DNA from: Candidatus Palauibacter sp.
GTDB lineage: Bacteria > Gemmatimonadota > Gemmatimonadetes > Palauibacterales > Palauibacteraceae
Assembly (NCBI RefSeq): GCF_965213655.1
Contig: NZ_CBDBZT010000003.1
Span: 3,022,307-3,086,306, forward strand
Direction: 5' to 3'
Length of the DNA stretch: 64,000 bases
The position numbers and the translations under genes were made by a program. Shown in pieces: positions 8,716 through 17,148 of the stretch. Below the pieces are notes generated by a model. That model saw nothing but the letters and a program-made list of their open reading frames with translations. It was not told where the DNA came from and ran no database searches. Position 1 is the first letter of the stretch, and each line of letters begins with the position of its first letter.

Positions 8716-9633
8716 CTACCGGTAGAACGAGGGGACCCGGAACAGTAGCCCGTCCCGGAGTGCGGATCGGTTCAGCAAGGCGGCATCCCGCATCGTCTCG
8801 GCGAACGTGTTCGCCCGAGCGTGGTCGTCGTGCCAACGGCCAAGCCACTCAAGGCGGGCGAGTTCGGCTTGCCTCGCCCGGCTTGCCTCGGCGGCGGCCT
8901 GGTGCGCGAGCACCTGTCCGGCGGCCGCGTTGATCCGGCCCTGGCTCAGAGCGGCGGCGACCCGGGCCTGCTGCAGGGCCGTGTTCGAGAGGTTCCTGTT
9001 CGAGGTCAGGTCCGCGAACGAGCCCTGCGCGCTCTCGATGGTCCCGGCGAGCGCGGCCGCCGCGTCCAGCGCTGCGTAGTCGAGGACCCGCTGCCGGTCG
9101 GCGGCCTCGCGGGCACGGCGGTAGTCCTCGAGCGCGCGCGTCGCGGCCTGCGGCGGGAGGTTCCGGAAGAGCGCCAGTACGTCAGCCTCCGTCACCCGAT
9201 CGGCCGTGCCGTGCGCGGTGCGCCAGAGGTTGGTGAACGAGCGGCCGTTGCCGAAGCGCCGGACGGCGTCCACCGTGCCGCGGGCCTGTCCCGTGAAATC
9301 GGACCGCCAGCCGAGTCCGTCGCGCACGAGTCCGACGGGGTCGGCGGCGAGGTCGGAGAACGGTTGCAGAAGCGCGTCGATTTCGCCGCGCGCGGCGCGC
9401 TCCATGTGGTCGAGCTGGTCTTCAAGTTCCGTAAGCTGGCGGGCCATCGAGCGGATCTGGCTGACCTGGTGCGAGATCTGCGTGATCTGGTTCGCGATGA
9501 TCGTGGCCCGCTGGAACCAGCTGCCGAAGTCGAACTGCGCGCTCGCGGGCCGGGCGCCCGAGAGGAGAAGCAGCGGAACGAATAGGGCGGGGGTGACGAT
9601 GCGGCGGCGCATGGGGGAGTCCTTTCGTGTCAT
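8716..9633 (-). CDS. trbJ: TrbJ/VirB5-like secreted coiled-coil T4SS protein
   Basis: Signal peptide MRRRIVTPALFVPLLLLSGARPASAQ followed by Ala/Gln-rich coiled-coil regions. Operon context. Confidence 0.55.
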   Translation of the reverse strand: MTRKDSPMRRRIVTPALFVPLLLLSGARPASAQFDFGSWFQRATIIANQITQISHQVSQIRSMARQLTELEDQLDHMERAARGEIDALLQPFSDLAADPVGLVRDGLGWRSDFTGQARGTVDAVRRFGNGRSFTNLWRTAHGTADRVTEADVLALFRNLPPQAATRALEDYRRAREAADRQRVLDYAALDAAAALAGTIESAQGSFADLTSNRNLSNTALQQARVAAALSQGRINAAAGQVLAHQAAAEASRARQAELARLEWLGRWHDDHARANTFAETMRDAALLNRSALRDGLLFRVPSFYR

Positions 9634-10874
9634 CGGGGTGTGGTGCGGGTGGGGGTTGGAACCAGGACATCGGAGGTGAACCAGACGCGGAGCCGGTGGC
9701 CCGCGCGGATCGTGATCTCCGGCAGCCGGTTCAGATACCGGTCCAGCATCGAGGCGGCGCTGCCGCCGAGCCCCTGGCCGACGCCCGCCCGGAGTCCGTA
9801 GGGCGAGGCCCCGGCAAGCGTGAGCCCGCTCAGCGCGCCGACCGCACCGGCGGCGGCGAACGTCGAGAGGTAGCGCCGGTTGACCTGGTCCCGGAGCGCG
9901 CTCTCGCCCGCCTGGTTCAGCCCGGCGAACTCGAGGTCGATCGAGCTTCCGTCGGGCAGCAGGAGCCGGTGGAACGCCACGGCGAGACGGCTCTGGTCGC
10001 GGTTCTGGACGGCGCTCGCGGTACCTACGACGCGGGCGCCGCGCGGGACCAGAACCCGCTGGCGGTCGGCCGAGTACAGCGGCACCGACACCATCGCGAG
10101 CACCGGGCCGGGGAACTCGCCGGAGAGTTGGGTGAGCAGCACCGCTTCGAGGAACGAACCCTCGGGGATGCGTTCCCAGCCCGGCGGGTCAAGCGGGCGG
10201 ACCAAACGGCCGGGCTCGGATGTGCGGGGCGAGGGTGGAGCGGCCTGCGGGAGGGGGCCTTCCGCGTTGGGCGCGTAGTATTCTCCGGTTGCCAGCCCGG
10301 CCACCATGTCGGCCTCGAGGGCAGCCAAGGACTGCCCGAGGGACGCGAGCGCGCCGTCGAGTGCCGCATCGGGAGACTCGGGTTCCAGAGAAGACACCGC
10401 AGCCGCATCCAAGGCCCGGTTCGGATCCCGGTGCGACTGCGCGACCGGAAGCGACCGGAGCGAGCGCCTTCGCCGCTCGATCTCCTCGAGTCGGAGCGCC
10501 TCGCGTAGCTCGAACTCGGCTGGGCCGACGCCGGCCCGGGCATTGCCGGCATCCGCCTCCGCGTCTTGTCCGGCTCTCTCCCGTCCGGCGTCATCGGACT
10601 GTTGCCGCTCGCTGTCCGCATCGGCCGCCGCCTGCTGGCTCTGGCGCATCGTCTCGGCATCGAAGCGCCCGTCGAGCGCGCGGCCCGTGCGGTCGTCCAC
10701 GGGCCGCTGCTCCGTGGGCGCGGCTCCCCCGGCCGTATCGTCGGGACGCGACAGCGACGAGGAGAGGAACAGCCCGGCGACGAGCACGGTGATCAGGGCG
10801 ATCCCGGCCTTCGTGACGATGCCGCCCGGCAGCGCCCCCTTCGGCTCCTTCACCCACTGCTTCCAGCCGCTCAT
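9630..10874 (-). CDS. trbI: VirB10/TrbI-family T4SS protein
   Basis: Internal start MSGWKQWVKEPKG at 10872-10874. TM helix, then a Pro/acid-rich linker, then the conserved C-terminal beta domain (..VLVPRGARVVGTASAV..). Confidence 0.75.
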   Translation of the reverse strand: MSGWKQWVKEPKGALPGGIVTKAGIALITVLVAGLFLSSSLSRPDDTAGGAAPTEQRPVDDRTGRALDGRFDAETMRQSQQAAADADSERQQSDDAGRERAGQDAEADAGNARAGVGPAEFELREALRLEEIERRRRSLRSLPVAQSHRDPNRALDAAAVSSLEPESPDAALDGALASLGQSLAALEADMVAGLATGEYYAPNAEGPLPQAAPPSPRTSEPGRLVRPLDPPGWERIPEGSFLEAVLLTQLSGEFPGPVLAMVSVPLYSADRQRVLVPRGARVVGTASAVQNRDQSRLAVAFHRLLLPDGSSIDLEFAGLNQAGESALRDQVNRRYLSTFAAAGAVGALSGLTLAGASPYGLRAGVGQGLGGSAASMLDRYLNRLPEITIRAGHRLRVWFTSDVLVPTPTRTTPR

Positions 10875-11746
10875 CTCGAACCCTCCCCGGGCTCGAACCG
10901 CCAGCGCAGCCGCTCCTCGCCGATCTGGAGCCACCCGTCGCCCAGCACCCGGCGGGCGATGTAGAGGCCGTCCTCGGTGAGGTCGAACGCGACCAGGCTC
11001 GGCTCGCCGTCGGTCAGTTCGTAGAGGGCCGGCGACTCCTGTGCGTGCGACCGGATGTAGGTGAAGAGCCCGTCGTGCCACATCGCCTCGATGAGGAATG
11101 GCCGCTCGGACGCGCCCCGGTCCAGCCGGTACTCGAACCGCAGGCGTTCGGGGTAGGAAGCGTGGAACGCTTCGATCTCCGCAGCCGCCTGCTCCTGCGC
11201 CTCGGCGATCCCGGCCTCGGCCTCCTCGCGTGCCAAGCCCGCGGCATCGGCGGCCTGGGCCGCCATCTGCCGGTACGCCGCCACTTCGCTCCGGGCCACG
11301 AACCCCGGAGTGCCGGACATGCCCGCCGCCTCCGCGCCCGCCTCGACGCGGACGACGAGGTGGGGCGGCTCCTCGCCGTGCTCGGAGACGAGGAACGAGT
11401 AGATGCGCCCCGACTCGCAGACGAGCGCGACGTTCGTGGCCGCGTCCTCGGCCAGCGGTTTGAGATATGCCACGTTCGCCGCGCCGGTCAGGTGCCAGTA
11501 CTCCGAGTCGCCGGCCACGAAGTCGAGGATCCGCTCTTCGGTCGGAAGCACGATTACCGTCGTGTGGCGCACGCGCGCGCGGAGCCGGGGGATCCGCTCA
11601 TTGCCTTCCTCCGGCACCGGCACGCGCAGGTAGGCGGCATCGGCGCTCGTTTGTTGCGCGCAGACGTCGGCGGGAAACGCCGCCACAAGCAGGGTCAGCA
11701 GGACGACGACGATCCCCGGCAGGATCGCGGCGGTGGGTGTCTTCAT
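10871..11746 (-). CDS. trbG: VirB9/TrbG/CagX-family T4SS protein
   Basis: Signal peptide, then TVIVLPTEERILDFVAGDSEYWHLTGAANVAYLKPLAEDAATNVALVCESGRIYSFLV, which matches the VirB9 core. Confidence 0.8.
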   Translation of the reverse strand: MKTPTAAILPGIVVVLLTLLVAAFPADVCAQQTSADAAYLRVPVPEEGNERIPRLRARVRHTTVIVLPTEERILDFVAGDSEYWHLTGAANVAYLKPLAEDAATNVALVCESGRIYSFLVSEHGEEPPHLVVRVEAGAEAAGMSGTPGFVARSEVAAYRQMAAQAADAAGLAREEAEAGIAEAQEQAAAEIEAFHASYPERLRFEYRLDRGASERPFLIEAMWHDGLFTYIRSHAQESPALYELTDGEPSLVAFDLTEDGLYIARRVLGDGWLQIGEERLRWRFEPGEGSR

Positions 11747-14197
11747 GGGGTCACGTCCTTTTCTTTCATGGGAGTGGGATCGGATGGGTTCGGCCAGGCG
11801 AGCACCTCCAGCCCCCGGACCAGTCCGTGCCTCGCCACGGCTTCGGCGCGCCTCTCGGCGTCCAGCGGCGAGGAGGTGTAGAGCCAGTAGCTCTCCGGAT
11901 CGACTTCGAGCCGGAGCACCGCCGCCTCGTCCGGGCGGCGGAGATACAGTTCGCGCTTGGGCGTCAGCTCACGGATCCGGGCCACCTCCGACTCGTTCAA
12001 CCGGAATAGCGCCCCGGCCTCGGCGGGCAACTCGGGGTTGGCGAGGAACAGCTTGGTGGGGATCGATTCCAGGAGCGCCGACGCGCCGGGCGTCCCGGTC
12101 ACGTCCACGGCGGACTGCGTGGCGAGCACGAGCGCGGCGTTCTTCTTGCGCCACGTCTTGGCCGCCTCGGCCAGGTAGTTCAGCACGGCGGGGTCCTGCA
12201 TGTACCGCCACGCCTCGTCCACGACCATCAGCTTGAGCCGCGCGGTCTCCGCCGGGTCCTCGATCTCGAGGCGCATGCGCTCCAGCAGGTACGACAGCGC
12301 CGCCTCGCACAGATCCGCGTGCTCCGCCGCGCCCGCCAGGTCGATCACCTGCCAGTCCCGGAACTCGATATCGGGCGCGTCCGCCGGGGGGTTATCGAAG
12401 AACGCGCCCCACGCGCCGCCCTCCGTCCAGCGGCTCAGCGCGGGCCACATCGCGGAAGGAAGCGAACCGGCCAGCACGCTCAGCGTGCGCCGCTCGGCCC
12501 CGAGCGCGTACAAGTCCTCGATCCGCGCACGGATCTCGCTCGTGTCCGCTCCATCGGCCTCGTATCCGCCCAGTCTCAGCAGCCGGAGCACCCAGCCTGT
12601 GAGGAACTGGAACGTCCTCGTGGTCGGGGGCAGCGCGAAGGGTTGAAGTCGGAGCGTCGGCTCCGCTTCGCCCGGTGCGAGTTCCAGATAGCGGCCTCCG
12701 AGGAGGCGGGTCAGCCAGCGGTACGATCCGCCCAGGTCCAGGATCAGGATGCGCGGATCGTACTTGAGCGCCTCGACCAACAGGAAGTTCAGGGCAAAAC
12801 TCTTGCCCGAACCCGTCGCGCCCAGGATCAGCGTGTGGCCCACGTCGCCACAGAACAGGTCGTAGCGGTACGCCGTCCGCCACGGCGTCTCGAAGGCCGC
12901 CAGCGGCTCGCGGTCCAGATGCCGGCTCGTTCGGTTCCCCTTGGGCGGCCCGAACACGGGCGCGAGGCACGCGGCGAGCCCGGCCGATACGAACACCTTC
13001 CGCACCTGTCGGCGCCTCGGCTGGGCCGGGAGCCTGGCGAACCATGCGGGAAGCTGGCCGTAACCCTCGCGGATCACCTTCGCGTCGTGCGCGGCGAACA
13101 GGCGGCGCACGTCGCCGTCCAGCCGCTCGATCCCTTCGAGTGCGCCGTGGAGCGCCACGGTGAGCGACGCCTCGCCGTAGGCCACGCCGTCGGCTTCGAG
13201 TTCGACCAGAGCGCTCCCAAGCCGGTCCGACTCCGCGACCGCCGCCGAATCGACCATCGCCGCCGCCGTGCCCTGCGCGTCCTGCGCGTGCGCCATCATC
13301 GAGTAGCGCCGCGAGAAATAGTGGCGCTGTGCGCTTCGGATCCGGCGACGCGCCGATTCGACCGTCCACGGCCGCCATTCGAGCGAGACGGTCGTCACGG
13401 CATCGAGGCAGTAGAGGTCTTGGAGCAGGTTGGCATGCGCCTGCCCAGGCGGAGACAGCAGCGAGTACAGGATCACCGGCTCTCCGTCGAGCCGAAGATG
13501 CGAACGCTCCGCCTCAAGCTCCGAGAGCGCGAGCCGCCAGTTCATGCCGCTCCCCGTCGCGCCGTCCCAGAACGTGCCGGGCCTGTTGGTCAAGTCGGAA
13601 AGGAGGCAGGACGCCTCGTGCGCACCGAGCAGCTCGATGGGTGTGTGTTCGGCCACGAGCGAGCGGCCCGTGTCGATCATCGCCCGGAACCGGTCCGCCG
13701 CAGCCTCGATCTCCGAGGCGAGGTAGGTCGCCCCCGTCTTGCCGCCGCGCTTCCGAGGTCGCTTGAGCCGTGATAGCGGTCCCGACCGGGAACTCCCGCC
13801 GACCGGACGGAGGCCCGGGTTGTGCGTCCACACCACGAAGGCGTCGAGCCGCTGGACGCGCCCGGCGAGGAACGCGCTTCGCTTGCGCCCCGACAAGGAC
13901 GCGATGTCCGAACCGTTGTCCTGAGGACTCTCGGCGCGGCTCGGGCCTGAGCATGTGGAACTGGAGGCGCGTGCCGGGACCGAGGCCCGAGAGCAACCTC
14001 TGCCAGAGTCCCAGCACGCGGTCGATCTGCTCCGGCGTGCGACCGTCCACCACGGCGGGCCGGATCCGGCCCGCCGCGATCAGCTCGCCCGAACGGGTCA
14101 GGCAGGTGCGGCCGTCTTCGAGCCAACCCCAGTAGGGCAGCTCCTCGGCCAGCGAGCCCGCCGCCTCGTGGGCCCGGAGTTCGTCGGCGACCCTCAC
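11743..14197 (-). CDS. trbE: VirB4/TrbE T4SS ATPase with an apparent single-nucleotide frame disruption near 13.89-13.94 kb
   Basis: The N-terminal VirB4-like segment (GTG start at 14195-14197 overlapping the trbD stop; ..LPYWGWLEDGRT..QFHMLRPEP) is in one frame (track ORF 13514..14389). The rest (..SAFLAGRVQRLDAF.. and Walker A GATGSGKSFALN) is in the 11743..13896 frame. Confidence 0.8.
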
Positions 14198-14499
14198 CGC
14201 GAACTCCCACGGACCACGATGTGCCAAGGCTCGTCCGCCCACTTGCCCGGATCGTACCGGGCCGGGTAGCGCGCCGCCGCCCGAAGCACCGCGAGCATCG
14301 CCGGATCCCTCCGGCCCGCCAGCCATCCCGCGCCGTAGCAGACCGCGAAAACCAAGCCGCCCGCCACGAGCGAGGCCGTCGCGTTCCACACCGCGACCGC
14401 GAGCGTCGCTCCCATCAGGAACAGCCGCCGCTCGACGCCCAGCACCGTCAGCGGACGATTCAGCGCAGAGTAGCCGGCCCAGCGCGTCAGGCCTCGCAT
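14194..14499 (-). CDS. trbD: VirB3/TrbD-family small T4SS membrane protein
   Basis: Internal start MRGLTRWAGYSALNRPLTV, about 101 aa with a TM segment. 1-nt overlap (TGATG) with trbC, and its stop overlaps the trbE start. Confidence 0.7.
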   Translation of the reverse strand: MRGLTRWAGYSALNRPLTVLGVERRLFLMGATLAVAVWNATASLVAGGLVFAVCYGAGWLAGRRDPAMLAVLRAAARYPARYDPGKWADEPWHIVVRGSSR

Positions 14500-14786
14500 C
14501 AGAACAGCCAGCCCAGGAAGTTCACCGCCCCCACGGCCATCCCGATCCCGAAGATGATCCCGGCCAGCGTGCGCTTGCTCCCGCCCTCGCCGAACGCGAA
14601 CATCAGCCCGCCCACCACGATCGCGATCAGCGACAGGCCGCGCGCGATCGGTCCCGTGAACTGCGTCTGAAGCTCGTTCACCGCGTCCACCCACGGGCTC
14701 GTGCCCTGCGCGTGGAGCGCACCCGGCGTCAGCATGAGCAGCATGGCCCACGCAGCTGCCCGCATCATCGTCAGCAACCTTCTCAT
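14499..14786 (-). CDS. trbC: VirB2/TrbC-family pilin
   Basis: About 95 aa. MRRLLTMMRAAAWAMLLMLTPGALHA signal peptide followed by two hydrophobic helices, which is pilin-like. Confidence 0.7.
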   Translation of the reverse strand: MRRLLTMMRAAAWAMLLMLTPGALHAQGTSPWVDAVNELQTQFTGPIARGLSLIAIVVGGLMFAFGEGGSKRTLAGIIFGIGMAVGAVNFLGWLF

Positions 14787-15070
14787 CGTTTCCCGCCTTT
14801 CACTGAAGGGGTTGGTGGGCGACGACCTTCCCGCCGCCCCGGTTCGGTTTTCGGATCCCGCGAACGATCCGAGCCGTGCGTGTTTTCGTAGGCTTCCATG
14901 AAGGCCAGAATCCGCTCCACCGTCGCCAGCCTCGGCGAACGTCCCCGGCGCACGTCGCCCACGAACTTCCGGTCGCCGACCGCGCGTTCCCCGAACTCCG
15001 TTGGCGACATCCCCGTCCTTTGCAGGAATGCCGTCATGCGCCGCTCGAACTCCTTCGTCAGGTTCTTCAT
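14783..15070 (-). CDS. XRE/Cro-type HTH regulator, first gene of the trb operon
   Basis: Internal start MKNLTKEFERRMTAFLQRTGMSPTEFGERAVGD..TVERILAFMEAYE at 15068-15070. The stop overlaps the trbC start. Confidence 0.55.
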   Translation of the reverse strand: MKNLTKEFERRMTAFLQRTGMSPTEFGERAVGDRKFVGDVRRGRSPRLATVERILAFMEAYENTHGSDRSRDPKTEPGRREGRRPPTPSVKGGKR

Positions 15071-15113
15071 CGCCCGAAAACCAAAACACGGCGTGGGCAA
15101 CGAGCGCAAGATA

Positions 15114-15136
15114 GTGGGAAATACCCTATTTCCCAC
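15114..15136. promoter_or_regulatory. perfect palindrome GTGGGAAATA-ccc-TATTTCCCAC in the divergent intergenic region; candidate operator
   Basis: 10-bp perfect inverted repeat with a 3-nt spacer, about 45 bp upstream of the minus-strand HTH gene. Local GC is lower than the surroundings. Confidence 0.5.
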
Positions 15137-15378
15137 GTCGTTGAGAGACAACGAGTTGCGGAATCGGGTTTCCGCACCCCTCCGCCAGCGGGGCGGAAAA
15201 CACCCCGATGGCCTTGAACCACTGGGCTATCGTGGAATCAACCGACGCTATCCGACACGGTGCCTCGAAACTCCCGTGAAAGGGAATCGTGTGGGTGTCG
15301 GCTCGGGGGCTACCCCTACCTGTGGAAGGCGATCGTATTCGGATCGGTGTATGGATCCGATTGCGTTGGCATCGATAA

Positions 15379-15394
15379 GTGGGTAATTTCCCAC
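15379..15394. promoter_or_regulatory. related half-site pair GTGGGTAATTTCCCAC immediately upstream of the repressor ATG
   Basis: Shares the GTGGG / TTTCCCAC arms with the palindrome at 15114-15136. Overlaps the GTG start proposed by the ORF track. Confidence 0.35.
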
Positions 15395-15396
15395 TC

Positions 15397-16110
15397 ATGG
15401 GACGAAGAAGGAAAGATGCCGATCAACTGGACCCGGTGCGCCGGAGGCTGCTCAGGCTGTTGGACGAGAGCCGCACGACCATGCGCACGGCCTCGCAGGC
15501 AATCCAGCGAAACGACGCCTACCTGCACCAGTTCATCCACCGGGGCACGCCCAAGGTGCTGGCCGAGGACGACCGCGAGGCGCTCGCCGAGCATCTGGGG
15601 TGCAGCCCCGACCTGCTCAGGCACGACCGAAGGTTGACGCGCCGGGCGCGTCCGAATCCGGCGCCGCCGAGTCCCTACGCGGCTCCGAGGGGCTACAGCG
15701 CGGTGCCGGAGATCAATGTGCGCGCGTCGGCGGGTCCGGGCGCGTGGAACGACGACTTCGAGGAGGAGACCGACACCTGGCTGTTCGCCGATCCGCTCAT
15801 CCGCCACGAGTTCCGGGCCAGGCCAGAGGATCTGCGGATGATCACCGTGGACGGGGACTCGATGGAGCCGGTGCTCTCAAGCGGCGACCGCATCCTCATC
15901 GACGTGAGCCTCAAGGTGCCGGTCCCGCCCGGCATCTTCGTCATCTGGGACGGCATGGGGCTCGTCGCCAAGCGGATCGAGCACCTGCCCCACTCCGAGC
16001 CGCCCAAGGTCGTGCTCAAGTCCCTCAACCCCGAGTACGACAGCTACGAGTGTGCTGCCGAAGAGGTCCGCGTCGTCGGACGCGCCGTCTGGGCCTCCAG
16101 AAGGCTGTAG
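15397..16110 (+). CDS. CI/LexA-like repressor (XRE HTH plus S24 peptidase autocleavage domain)
   Basis: GDSMEP (Ser nucleophile) and VAKRI (Lys) motifs. HTH near the N-terminus. ATG at 15397; the track lists a GTG at 15379. Confidence 0.8.
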   Translation: MGRRRKDADQLDPVRRRLLRLLDESRTTMRTASQAIQRNDAYLHQFIHRGTPKVLAEDDREALAEHLGCSPDLLRHDRRLTRRARPNPAPPSPYAAPRGYSAVPEINVRASAGPGAWNDDFEEETDTWLFADPLIRHEFRARPEDLRMITVDGDSMEPVLSSGDRILIDVSLKVPVPPGIFVIWDGMGLVAKRIEHLPHSEPPKVVLKSLNPEYDSYECAAEEVRVVGRAVWASRRL

Positions 16111-16400
16111 GGCGCGACGTTCGGATGGCACCCGACTGCACGATCCCGGAAGCGCGGAACGGACCTCGCACCACGCGGTCGCTCCGTGAAGGACGTGCGT
16201 TATATTGACGGATTCGATCCCGTACTTGGAGACGGCAGCCATGAACAGCTTGCCCACGCAGACCGGCGGCATGTCGGCGGTCGGCGATTCGCCCGGCGAC
16301 GGGGCAACGGCTGGGCTGGCATGAGCGCTGCGCCGGTTGGCCCGCGGCCTCGCGGAGATCCAGAGCCGGCGATTTCCGGCGGCGTGCGGCAACTAAACCG

Positions 16401-16656
16401 ATGAGTCGCCGCGAGCGGCTGGTGCGGACCATCCTCGGCGGCCGCTCCGACGCGGAACATCCGCTTCGATGAACTGCGGGCGCTGATGCGGCATCTTGGA
16501 TTCAACGAGCGGGTGCGCGGCAGCCAGCACCTCTTCGACAAGGAAGGTGTCGTGGAGATCGTTAACCTTCAGAGCCGGGGCGGCCACGCCAAGCCCTACC
16601 AAGTGAGGCAGGTTCGGCGATTGATCCTCAAGTACAAGCTGGGAGCGGAAGACTGA
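16401..16656 (+). pseudogene. hicA: hicA-family toxin gene interrupted by a +1 frameshift near 16455
   Basis: Frame A reads MSRRERLVRTILGGRSDAEHPLR then stops. The +1 frame continues NIRFDELRALMRHLGFNERVRGSQHLFDKEGVVEIVNLQSRGGHAKPYQVRQVRRLILKYKLGAED, the HicA core. The junction is at gcg-g-aac. Confidence 0.6.
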
Positions 16657-16868
16657 TGTACAAATTCGAAATCATTCTCTATTGGAGCAACGAGGACGAG
16701 GCTTTCGTCGCGGAGGCTCCCGAGTTGCCCGGGTGCATGGCGTACGGAGACGATCAGGAGAGCGCGTTGGGGAACATCAAGGATGCGATGCAGTTCTGGA
16801 TCGACCGGGCACGGGAGTTGGGACGGCCCGTCCCGGAGCCCAAGGACGATCGTCTCATGCTTGCCTGA
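16656..16868 (+). CDS. hicB: HicB-family antitoxin
   Basis: 70 aa, MYKFEIILYWSNEDEAFVAEAPELPGCMAYGDDQESALGNIKDAM. TGATG overlap with the hicA stop. Confidence 0.7.
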   Translation: MYKFEIILYWSNEDEAFVAEAPELPGCMAYGDDQESALGNIKDAMQFWIDRARELGRPVPEPKDDRLMLA

Positions 16869-17148
16869 CTCGCCTCATGAAACATCCTCCTACTCCTCGG
16901 CCTCGTGCGCGACGCGGGTGGACCTCGACGTCGAGGCAACGCAGCACTTTGGGGAGACGGCGGCGGCGCGGAGGAAACGGAGCCGATCGAGGCCGCCAAC
17001 CGCGATGGTCGAGGCCCAACTCGAATCGGACGCAGCCGCCGAACGGATCACGGAGCACCGCAGAGGCCAAGCGGGAGGCCACGCCGATACAGGCGGGGGC
17101 CCTCCTCCGCCTCGGCGACCGGGCTGCCGTGGGCCGGTCGCTCTCCCC

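Noticed and set aside
8277-8933. 218-aa plus-strand ORF and other 60-200-aa ORFs antisense to trbL/trbJ
   Set aside because: Antisense to strongly supported membrane-protein genes, with low-complexity composition.
16783-17148. Cas3 beginning at 16783 (1002 aa) as listed in the ORF track
   Set aside because: That start overlaps hicB by 85 nt. The first 120 residues are Ser/Arg-rich with no Cas3 similarity. The HD-domain alignment begins near the Met at 17149, with 17008 as an alternative.
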